57,301 nucleotides of DNA from Octopus bimaculoides (taxonomy: Eukaryota), in assembly GCF_001194135.2 (NCBI RefSeq), contig NC_069004.1, positions 16,264,898 through 16,322,198 of the forward strand, in the 5' to 3' direction. This document shows, in pieces, positions 47,436-57,301 of this stretch. Position numbers and translations under genes: made by a program. How positions within the stretch are numbered: position 1 is the first letter of the stretch; the number at the start of each line of letters is the position of its first letter. The notes under the pieces are model-generated. The model was not told the DNA's origin and searched no databases. It saw only the letters and a program-made list of their open reading frames with translations.

Positions 47436-48770
47436 TTATGACATATTTCTGTCGTGAGACTGCCCAAAGCACCCTTTACACAAGGGCACTTTGCAAAAGG
47501 AACACATATACGAAGTCTCAATCTGATACCCTTTTGCAGTTTTTCTTTTTTGCAGTGAACACAGTCTACAAACTTTTCTTCTTCCATTTATCTTCTCGAC
47601 TTTAATGAAAGTCAATATTTTCTCTGTTGACATCCACCTCAGTTAATTTTGCTTTTCTCCCAGTTCTGTGCTTTCTGGAAGAAAAGCCCTCACGTAACTG
47701 AGATGTGATGTCAACCTGAAATTTCAAATGGTTGTAGTCCTTTGGTGGCTTTTTACATATACAATATATGAATTAACTATAGTTAAATTAACTAAAAACT
47801 ACAAAATGTACCTCCACCATTTCTTCCCAGGTTGACCAACTGGGTAATATGCTCGATATTAGTCAGATTTATCAACCCCACCCCTATATTTGTTATAACA
47901 AATATTCACTAGAGGTTTCCCCTCAGCACCAACACCAGGTTGTTCATTAGTAGACAGAAATAAAATCTGTCCTTTATCTTTGAAAGCAGTAGCAAATAAA
48001 TTTTCCTTTTGCATTTGTAAAATTCCCCTCTTTTTTTAAATTTTGTTTTCATTTCACGGAGAAAACCTTTACGGTTCCCAATATCAGTACTGCACATGTA
48101 AGTACTTACATGGGCAAGATTTTCTGCCAAAACCACTGAAGAAGAAAAACGGTCAAAATAGAGGTGTCGGTGCTGATGGTGAAATGGTTCAGTAAGAGAC
48201 CATACTGCATCATGTCCCAATCCATATGGTCTGTTTCCATTATATTTTTTACCTGTGTGAACATCAAAGTTTACACAATATCCAGTGTCTGATTCACAAA
48301 CCTCCCATACCTTGATCCCCCATTTAGTGGGTTTGGCAGGCATGTACTGCTGAAAATGTACTCTGCCCTTATAGCCTATCATGGCTTCATCTTCCCTGAA
48401 ATTTTTCCCACAGTTTTATAACTATTAAGGAGTAAATCTGTTACAGGACGTACTTTGTACAGGGATCGTAGTTTGGGTCGTTTTTGCTGGGGGCATTGGC
48501 AGAATCAATTAAATGTAAATACCAAGATATTTTTGAATACCTTGTCTTCGACTTTATACTTGAAATATATGGATCACCATACTCAGGACTCCAGTAGTTC
48601 CACAGTCGAAGAAGCTGTTGAACACCAAACATAATATTGATTGTGAAAAATGCTCTCGTTTCCACAGTATAAGTTGGTTGCCATAGTGATTGTTTCTTCC
48701 ACGAATAGAAATTATACGTTACGCATATTTTGTAAGTGTGAAATGGATTAAAATTTTGATACTCCATATC
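47436..48770 (-). pseudogene. piggyBac-family transposase pseudogene with C-terminal cysteine-rich domain
   Basis: YLHLID..APSKNDPNYDP; DEAMIGYKGRVHFQQYMPAKPTKWGIKVWEVCESDTGY; HLYFDRF; YNKYRGGVDKSD*...KKWWRY; CRLC...TSYMCSFCKVPLCKGCF..SH. All three catalytic Asp motifs are present, but there are several frameshifts and stops. Confidence 0.92.
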
Positions 48771-50091
48771 AAAAGTTCTGACAAGAATAGGCAGAACTGA
48801 ATTCTCTTTACATAATCAGTTTGATCAGTTACCTTCCTCTGTCGGTTGAGTAAAGTGTCATCCAAGCTGATGTTTATTGGTAATTAAACTTAATTTGCAA
48901 CACCTGTGCGTATTTATCAGCTTTGTTTTTGTTGGTAATTCTTATCAACAACTTTTCCTGTGATTGTGATTTGAGAAGAGACACAGCAGTATGCTAAAGA
49001 TTGAGCTTTTTATGTGATTCTTGTTAAACAGAAATTATTTTTATTTAATGAAAATTTAATAAAATCTAATCATCATAAGTAAGTGAAATTATGCTAAATA
49101 CAACTAAATTGAAAACCTTTTTCCCCTGGTAATTCTGAAAACTTTTGGGTGCGAATTTTACATGAGTAGAAGCTTTTATTAACAAATTTTATCCTGAAAA
49201 TCACCTGCATAAATTACACAATTGCACAAGTTACATGGGTTTTTATGGTATGTAATGAGCAAAGTAGTTTTAGGCACTTTTAAAGAGACCTTTTGTCTTA
49301 ATGTTACTATCAGATGCTTCTTATTCTTACTTGCTCTGCTGCTGCTACCAGGTAAAGCAACCAAGACAAGGAATATTTGCTGCCATGCTCACACTTTTTA
49401 ACCTCTTTGTTGCTGTTTAGTAGGGAAAGACATGCTTGGTACTTTATCCAGATTTCATACAACGATTAATGTGATGCAAACTTTTACTGTTCAACTTGGA
49501 GATAAAAGCCTTTATCCCCATTGCTGTTCACAGTTCCTCTGTTACTCACTGAATCACTGCGTATCTTGTACAAGACAACTATTCACCACTTCAGTGCACA
49601 AGGTTTTGGCCCTTAAATATATGTAGAGACTAAGCTGTGAGGAAAGAAATAAGTGCATGAAATGTATGTGTGTTATGGACTGTGTTCCTCCTGAAGTACT
49701 TCTAAGCAAGACAAGAAAGAGTGTGAGTCTCAAAGAGACTTAAGAAGATAATGACTCTTTTATGTAAACATAGAAACTTGAGCTGTAAAGTCTTTGGCTG
49801 ATGGTTTCTACAGGTTTTATCGTATGTGTAGGTATATATATATATATATATATATATACAATATATGACTAATTACCAGATTTTATAATAATATTTTACC
49901 CATTGCCCATGTTCTCATACTGAATATATAAGACGCAGGAAATATTTTCTGCGGATATATTCCTGGAATTAGCGCGCCAAAACGAAGACTTTTGAATTTT
50001 ACCATTAAGCTGTAATTAGCAGAACCATATGCACGCGCACACATGGCGGTGGGCAACTCTGTATACGATTCTGATGATTACGGTTCATTAC

Positions 50092-50156
50092 AAATCAGGC
50101 TGATGAGGAATAGACAAATGGTAAGAATTTGTTAAATCCGAAACTAGTTCCTGTTT
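50092..50156 (+). ncRNA. Type I hammerhead ribozyme, core fully conserved, palindromic mini stem III
   Basis: AAAUCAGG-CUGAUGA-GGAAUAGACAAAU[GGUAAGA]AUUUGUUAAAUCC-GAAA-CUAG-UU-CCUGUUU. Stem II pairs 11 of 13 with a G-C closing pair; stem I is 7 bp with one bulge; ACUAGU is self-complementary; predicted cleavage after GUU at 50149. Confidence 0.8.
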
Positions 50157-50849
50157 AATAATGCTTTTTTAGGTGATTTTAAATGTCTTGCCCGCTCACG
50201 TTTTTGGTATGCTGCTATATTTCATGTTGAGAACAACTTAGGTCATAATAGACACAAGATGTCCTCTATTTCTAGCGCATTAATTGTCCACGTTAGTGGT
50301 CGACGTTATTTTATATATACAATTATGTATGTGTACACACACACACACACACACACACACATTTATAAAAATGTATGTATGTAGATATCTGTTTGTGTGT
50401 GTATGTAATATATGCCCAGGCAGCTTTTAAATCCTCCTTGATATTCTAAGCAGGTTTCAAGTGAGATTCAAAGATTACTGTGTGTCACTAAACCCTGTTG
50501 TCATAACTCAAGCTTTCTTCTCACATCTCCACTTCCTCCCTATCACACACGACAGATTGCAGGGGTATCCATACTTTCTTTCTTCTGACTGTCTGTCCGT
50601 CTGTCTCTCTCCTCTGACTTGCTCTTTCACTTCCCTCACATACTCACCTCCTCTCTCTTCTGCCTCCCTCTCTTCCTTTCTACCTCTCTTTTCATCTCTC
50701 CCTATCACACATTATTCATTATCATTCAATATTGCTTCATTTTGTTTAATTCTTTAATTTTCTGGCTCTAAATTTGGTTATGCATATTACTTCTTACAGG
50801 TATGAAAGTAACAGAAAGAGTTATTTTAGCACATCTAATTAGGAGGAGA

Positions 50850-52095
50850 ATTAATTTTGAATGAGATGTACTTTGGATTTGTGCCTGAACTGGGTCCTCT
50901 TGGTTCTGTCTTCTGAGTGAGACAGCTATAGAAATTCTTAGCTAAGAGTAACCACTAAACATAGCATTTGTTATACAGGATATGGCACAGTGTGCAATAG
51001 TTTGGTGGTTGATAAGAAAATTAGGTGTAGGTGAATGGCTTGTTAGTCATGCATACCATTTGCAGAGATTTCACCAGCAAGGTGTGAGTTAGAAACAAGT
51101 TCACTGAGGAATTCAGCATGCAAGTAAATGGGCATCAGGGCTCAATTCTCATCCCCTTCCTTTTTATCATGATTCTGCCTGTCATATCAGCGAAGTTTAA
51201 GTTTGGTTGTTCATGGGGACTGCTAGATGCTGATGACCTTATTCTCATAGTTGAATCCATCAAAAGTGAGAAAATTCCAAATGTGTACTCAAAAACTTTG
51301 AGATGTGAGGCCTTAAAGCAAGTTTAGTAAAGACATAAGTTTTAGTTGGCAGGGGAAAAGATATGATTCTACTGCCCTCTGGGAAGTGACTGTGCTTTGT
51401 GCAGAAATGACAATTTTCATATGGTGTGCTTATTATAATCTATGGGTATACAGGAGATGCAGTGGATCTCAGACAGTTTGAGAGAAGACACCATATTTAA
51501 AAGAAATTGTTGGCAGTAAGTGCATCCATTAAATAAATTCCTTCAAATGCCTGGTAATCGTTAATATGTTCTGTTTCGGCAGTGCAAATGGTTCTGAAAG
51601 TAAATCCAGAGGAAGATGAAAAAAAATTCAAAGAGTTATTACCTCTGCTGACAACAAAGAGACTTTGTCTCTGAATGAAAGGTAGGTTGTATGTTGTTTG
51701 TCTATGAAGTGAGATATTATACGATAGTGAAACATGAATGTGGAGGATCTGTGAAAGTTTGAAAGAAATGAGGCCATCATGCTTCCCTGAAACTAATGTT
51801 AGTGTGAATGAATGAACAACAGAGGAATACGAATCAGTTGTAGAGTGCAAAAGAAGAGACTGCACTGGTATGGACATGTAAGGCCTATGCAAGATACAGA
51901 AAAAAATAGTGCCTAGTCATTCAGTGAAATTCTGAGGAAGACATAGGAAAAAGTGGTGAGGACTGATCCTGACCACTTTTAGCTTGCTAAAACTCAAGGA
52001 AATGAGAGGGAAGTACAAGTAATGACATATAGTGGAAAAGAGCCTTCCAATTCATATCAGCAGAGAGAAACAGATATAAAATAATGATGATGATT
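50850..52095 (+). mobile_element. Old RTE LINE ORF2 relic and 3' end
   Basis: YFGFVP..VRQL; HQGSILIPFLFIMIL...GLLDADDLILI; KFKELLPLLTTK..KGRLY; LHWYGHV; ends (GAT)n near 52085. Confidence 0.8.
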
Positions 52096-52269
52096 ATCAT
52101 AAATTGACAAGGATTCTTTAGCATAGGAAATCCATTTATGTTTTACTTTAATCTTTTCAGTTTTGTCACTAAAGATCTGAGTAAAATAGATATTTTTGTA
52201 TTTTATTTATATCATATATTCATGAACAGCTGCCTTGGAGGCTTATTGCAACCTGAGATTCTTAGCAGC

Positions 52270-53020
52270 CTCTCATTGATCAGATTACACCATGCTGCTG
52301 TGGAGCAGTCCAATTGATGCGCAGGGTACTGAGCCCCATTTCCTAACGCTGTTTTAACCAAAAATTGACACCACCTCACTGGCTAGACAGGCATGCCACT
52401 GGTTGTTTTTTCATTTGAGGTGTGCTCTTGTAGCCTTGTATCCTGACCATTGACTACTCATGAATTCCTCTGCCTGTTGACGGCTTTTGTTTTTCGTCCC
52501 ACAGGGTGTCCAACAAACATCCTCCTCACCAAGAAAGCTTGGTGGGGTTGCCAATTTAGTCATCAATGACCTGACCATGCAACAAGTTGTACTGGGTTAC
52601 ATGTTACTAGTAGCACTCGAGAGCGACCTGACATCTGCTTACAGTGCAAAGAGCTATAGAAAGGTTGATGTTGCGAATCTCACTAAGAGATCACATCCGG
52701 AATGAGGAGATCAAGAATAGAACTGGAGTGAAGGGTTTCATTGCAGAATACTACCGTGCAAAGCTCTGATGGGTGAATCATGTCGCAAGGTTCACAGACA
52801 ATCGGTGGGCCTGTGCAGTTGTCAAGTGGTACCCACACAAATAGAAGAGACCACATGGAAGACCTCCAATCAGGTAGGAAGATGATTTAAAAAAGATGTA
52901 TGGAACAACATGGAGAATGGCGAGAGCATGAGGGGAATGGAGCGAATGTTGTGGCTAGCAGAGCCTGCGCAGCACCAGACAGCCTGGCCAATCCAGGTGA
53001 TTCATGACCAATAACATCAT
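52270..53020 (+). mobile_element. Second RTE family: C-terminal coding remnant joined to probable 5' UTR-like sequence
   Basis: From ~52620: VQRAIERLMLRISLRDHIRNEEIKNRTGV...WVNHVARFTDNRWA...KRPHGRPPIR*EDDL...W. The upstream 350 nt show no RT motifs; the 5' UTR assignment is inference. Confidence 0.65.
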
Positions 53021-53568
53021 TAAGTTAAAGGTTACTGGGTCAGTCATGAGACTCAAGATTTCACCAACTTCAGTGACATAACTGAGGAAGAAGAGGCTTT
53101 TAAATCAGGTAGTTCACTGCATGTCATGATGAGAAAAGATGTTTGTATACTTGACCTTTGAAAGCCTGACTCATGTCAACCAAGTTGTCAAATGGTTCTT
53201 GTGACTGTCTTTGGAAGTTGGTTCCAAATTCTGATAACAGAGTACAAAGTTCATGTTCAGAATGTGCATCTTGGCATCAAGTGTTGAAAGCTATACATAA
53301 GCATGAATAGCATTGCTCTGAGCTTGTGAGCATTTTGTAGAGCACTGTTGTTGCAGCAACTTGTCTCATGTGTTGTAAACTGTTGATAGAAAGTTATTTG
53401 GTAGCATCAGCTTTAATTGTAAAGATCCAAAGGAGACAGTTTGGTATGCAAGAACTGGTATACTCTAGAATGCTTAAAATTTGAGTTTTGTAAATGTTGA
53501 CTCTTCCATACTTGTCCAGCTTGTCAGGAATTTTTCATAGCACTCTTAAGATTCTGTGTTACTTATTA

Positions 53569-54614
53569 TTGGGTTGGACAAAAAATCCATTGGTTTTCAT
53601 TGACACTAAACTTCAAGCACTTCAATAAGTAGCTAGCTTGAGTCTATCCCTTGTGCATGCATACTCCAACATAGTTCGATGTGAACTTGTGATGAGATAG
53701 CTTGTATTTTGTGTGCTTGGGATCACTCTGAAAATGGAGAATCAAAATGAACATGAGCAACAAGTCATGCTTTTTTTAAATTTTAAAACAAGCAAGAAAG
53801 CAGTGGAATCCTGCAGAGAGGATGCTGTTATGGGATAGGTGTACCGGAAATGGGTTTTCAAGATTTTGATTGGTTAGCCAACAAAGACAAAATGAAGGAA
53901 TCAATCAACACCAATTTTTGTTATATGACAAGAATGACCACAGCTGTTTTCCAAATATCCAAATCGAGTGTTGAAAACTATCTGCCCCAACTTGGTTGTA
54001 TCAGCAGGCTCAATGTTTGGATCCCACATCAATGGAATGAGGCTAACTTCACCCAATGGATTTCTATCTGTTTCCACCACAAACAACCTCTAAAGCAGGA
54101 CTTTACCCAAAGAAGGTTATGCTTTCAGTTTGGTAGGGTTGGTGGGAGGGTGTTGTCTTTTATGAGATTCTTCCCAAAGGCAGGACCATTACTTTGGATG
54201 TGTACTGTGACCAACTGGACAAATTAAACACAGTGATCCACCAGAAGTGCCCTGCATTTATTAATTGTAAGGGCATTGTGTTTCATCACAGCAATGCTGA
54301 CTGCACACTTCTTAGTAGAAGTTACTGGGGTTTGGATGGGAAGGTTTGCCACACCTTCCATATTCACCCAATCTTCGGGTTTCCACCTGTTTTGGTCTCT
54401 TCAAAATTCATTGAATGGGCATACCTTCAACTTCACATGGAAGAATTTTTCACTAGTAAAGACAGGAAATTGTTTGAGCAAGGAACAATGAATCTGCTCA
54501 CAAGATGGCAGAAGACACTGGAATGAAACAGTAATTATATTGAATAAATCCTTTTATGTTTAAAACTTGCCTTATTTTCATTTAAAAAACTGAATGGATG
54601 TTTTGGCCAAATAA
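53569..54614 (+). mobile_element. mariner transposon, internally deleted, both termini (right one damaged)
   Basis: TA|TTGGGTTGGACAAAAAATCCATT and AATGGATGTTTTTGGCCAA. MENQNEH; WIPHQW; PKKVML; DVYCDQLDKL; VFHHSNA; HLFWSLQNSLNG; FEQGTMNLLTRWQK. The segment carrying the first catalytic D is missing. Confidence 0.88.
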
Positions 54615-54615
54615 A

Positions 54616-56165
54616 CATCATCATCATCATCATCATCATCGTTTAACGTCCGCTTTCCATGCTAGCATGGGTTGGACGATTTGACTGAGGACTGGTGCAA
54701 CCGGATGGCTACACCAGGTTCCAATCTAATTTGGCAGAGTTTCTACAGCTGGATGCCCTTCCTAACGCCAACCACTCAGAGAGTATAGTGGGTGCTTTTA
54801 CGTGTCACCCGCATGAAAACGGCCACGCTCGAAATGGTGTCTTTTATGTGCCACCCACACAAGTGCCAGTCCAGGGGCACTGGCAACGATCTCGCTCGAA
54901 AACCCTACAAGGCCAGTCAGGCGGTACTGNNNNNNNNNNNNNNNNNNNNNNNNNNNNNNNNNNNNNNNNNNNNNNNNNNNNNNNNNNNNNNNNNNNNNNN
55001 NNNNNNNNNNNNNNNNNNNNNNNNNNNNNNNNNNNNNNNNNNNNNNNNNNNNNNNNNNNNNNNNNNNNNNNNNNNNNNNNNNNNNNNNNNNNNNNNNNNN
55101 NNNNNNNNNNNNNNNNNNNNNNNNNNNNNNNNNNNNNNNNNNNNNNNNNNNNNNNNNNNNNNNNNNNNNNNNNNNNNNNNNNNNNNNNNNNNNNNNNNNN
55201 NNNNNNNNNNNNNNNNNNNNNNNNNNNNNNNNNNNNNNNNNNNNNNNNNNNNNNNNNNNNNNNNNNNNNNNNNNNNNNNNNNNNNNNNNNNNNNNNNNNN
55301 NNNNNNNNNNNNNNNNNNNNNNNNNNNNNNNNNNNNNNNNNNNNNNNNNNNNNNNNNNNNNNNNNNNNNNNNNNNNNNNNNNNNNNNNNNNNNNNNNNNN
55401 NNNNNNNNNNNNNNNNNNNNNNNNNNNNNNNNNNNNNNNNNNNNNNNNNNNNNNNNNNNNNNNNNNNNNNNNNNNNNNNNNNNNNNNNNNNNNNNNNNNN
55501 NNNNNNNNNNNNNNNNNNNNNNNNNNNNNNNNNNNNNNNNNNNNNNNNNNNNNNNNNNNNNNNNNNNNNNNNNNNNNNNNNNNNNNNNNNNNNNNNNNNN
55601 NNNNNNNNNNNNNNNNNNNNNNNNNNNNNNNNNNNNNNNNNNNNNNNNNNNNNNNNNNNNNNNNNNNNNNNNNNNNNNNNNNNNNNNNNNNNNNNNNNNN
55701 NNNNNNNNNNNNNNNNNNNNNNNNNNNNNNNNNNNNNNNNNNNNNNNNNNNNNNNNNNNNNNNNNNNNNNNNNNNNNNNNNNNNNNNNNNNNNNNNNNNN
55801 NNNNNNNNNNNNNTGAAGGGGTTTGTGTTTTATCTACCTTCCTACTTATTAGGATTTTGGTTTTAGCTAGGTTGACTCTAAGGCCCTTCAGTTCTAGTCC
55901 TTGCTTCCACACCTTAAACTTCTCCTCTAGTTCTGATAGTGACTGCGCAATTAGTGCAAGGTCATCAGCATAGAGGAGCTCCCAGGGGCAACCTGTCTTG
56001 AATTCCTCTGTGATCGCCTGGAGGACTATGATAAATAGGAGAGGGCTGAGGACGGAACCTTGGTGGACCCCTACCTCTACCCGGAATTCATTACTGTACT
56101 CATTTCCAACCTTCACCTTACTGACAGCATCTCTGTACATGGCTCGCACAGCTCTCACTAACCAT
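54616..56165 (-). mobile_element. Young 5'-truncated RTE LINE (RT fragment, gap, 3' UTR, (GAT)n tail)
   Basis: (CAT)n at ~54617-54640; 3' UTR about 97% identical to 1-232; open RT frame on the far side of the 884-nt gap. Continuity across the gap is inferred from orientation and spacing. Confidence 0.85.
55814..56164 (-). CDS. Partial RTE ORF2 reverse transcriptase (open frame, 5'-truncated)
   Basis: WLVRAVRAMYRDAVSKVKVGNEYSNEFRVEVGVHQGSVLSPLLFIIVLQAITEEFKTGCPWELLYADDLALIA...GLRVNLAKTK; HQGS and YADD intact, no stops in 117 codons. Confidence 0.8.
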
Positions 56166-56780
56166 ATAGCAGAGATATTTTCTACTTGCACCAGTTTACT
56201 CTCAATGATTATGGCCAGAATCTCAAGCTGCATCCTGCAAAATCCAGAGTGTAGTGTATGGTTTGATGGGCTTATTTCTTTACATTTTCTTTGCTCAGAT
56301 GTTACTTTCCTATTGTTTGGTCAGGCTTTCATTTTAGCAAAATCTCTGTTTAAGCTAGCTGTTGCCACATTACTTTCTCCTGTCATTCTTATTGGTACAA
56401 AAGACATAGAGTTGTCTATATAGAGATACAGCTAATTTTCACAACTGTTGACCGTGTTATCTTTGATGACTGTATAGTGGCCAATATTGATCCTTGTTAG
56501 ACTGATATATATTGATGAATGATAAATCAAAGTGTTTACCTGAAAGGGATGATCTTGATAGATTTTCTATTGAATTAGCTTTGAAGCCACCTTAGTGTTT
56601 CATGCATATTTCCTTGCTTGAATGATTTTCTAATGTGCCACCGGCACAAGTGCCAGTAAGTCGACGCTAACTTACTTTTATATATCTAGCACTATGTCTT
56701 TCTCCATTTCTAAGTTAAGGGTAAAAATTAAGGCAACCATGCAAGACACAACTGGTCTTTACACACAGACGTACAGAGTA

Positions 56781-57027
56781 ATAGCAATCAAATAAGGAAG
56801 GCAGAATGCACATCAATCATCAGCGATCTGCCTCTCGCCTGTATTCTTGACAAGAGATGCCAGTTAGTCTTTTACACCTTACCAGACTCATTCGTATTAA
56901 GCCCGAATTGCTACTGTATAACAGCAATCAAATAATGAAAGCAGAGTGCACAACGAACATCACCGATCTGACTGTCAGTTAGTCCTTTTCACCTGCCAGG
57001 CTCGTTTGTAATTAGCCCAAATTGCTA
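56781..57027. repeat. Diverged tandem dimer, 140-nt period
   Basis: Unit 1 (56781-56913) ATAGCAATCAAATAAGGAAGGCAGAATGCAC...CAGTTAGTC...GCCCGAATTGCTA; unit 2 (56921-57027) ACAGCAATCAAATAATGAAAGCAGAGTGCAC...CAGTTAGTC...GCCCAAATTGCTA. Unit 1 has about 26 extra nt. Confidence 0.8.
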
Positions 57028-57301
57028 GATCATTTTTCGTTCCTTTCAGAATATTGTAGAACAGAAACTTAGATTGGAATTTAAATCCTAATCTCTTTAG
57101 AAATTTATTATTTCAAGAAAACATTAAATTTGAATTACTTTCAATTTTTACGATTTAGAGATAACAACTTGGGCTGTAACTTCTGAACCCGAGTCAGCTG
57201 CCTGTGAGCAATGTCGAGAGAAAGTCTGCTACACATGATATTTTTTGACACTAGGTACCTCTAAGACGACCGCCAGACACTGAAGGAAAATAAATGAACT
57301 G

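Noticed and set aside
47909-48382. Domesticated PGBD host gene
   Set aside because: Multiple frameshifts and stops break the transposase into at least four pieces, consistent with neutral decay.
55998-56423. 141-aa plus-strand hydrophobic ORF
   Set aside because: Largely antisense to the RT frame of the RTE; no independent domain recognised.
57150-57270. Possible exon encoding AACEQCREKVC (zinc-finger-like)
   Set aside because: In-frame stop two codons after the motif and before the nearest donor; too short to support.

Overview
AT-rich, gapped, microsatellite-dense animal genomic DNA. The SINE and RTE families look like those of a coleoid cephalopod (Octopus-like); this is an inference from pattern recognition. 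No host protein-coding exon can be firmly supported, so the window reads as intergenic or large-intron sequence filled with transposon relics. Retroelements: RTE LINE fragments (one young copy has an open YADD reverse-transcriptase frame), a HERO-like and an R4/Dong-like restriction-like-endonuclease LINE, and at least three tRNA-derived SINE families. DNA transposons: mariners (D34D spacing counted in one copy), five maT/mori-like copies (D37D spacing counted in one), a Tc1 with a nested Helitron-like insert, and a piggyBac transposase pseudogene. The most interesting signals are absent from or only partly shown in the ORF track. (1) An apparently intact type I hammerhead ribozyme at 50092-50156 has a palindromic ACUAGU stem III and overlaps candidate splice signals. 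(2) A Penelope-like GIY-YIG endonuclease relic at 8317-9095 (minus) has no visible RT, is preceded by Thr/Asp-rich repeats and is followed by a second hammerhead whose two core defects both fit CpG decay. (3) A near-perfect 32-bp pre-miRNA-sized hairpin lies at 40308-40379. (4) A 155-bp inverted repeat sits between (TA)n tracts at 29.7-30.4 kb. All family calls come from manual translation and motif recognition, not database searches.
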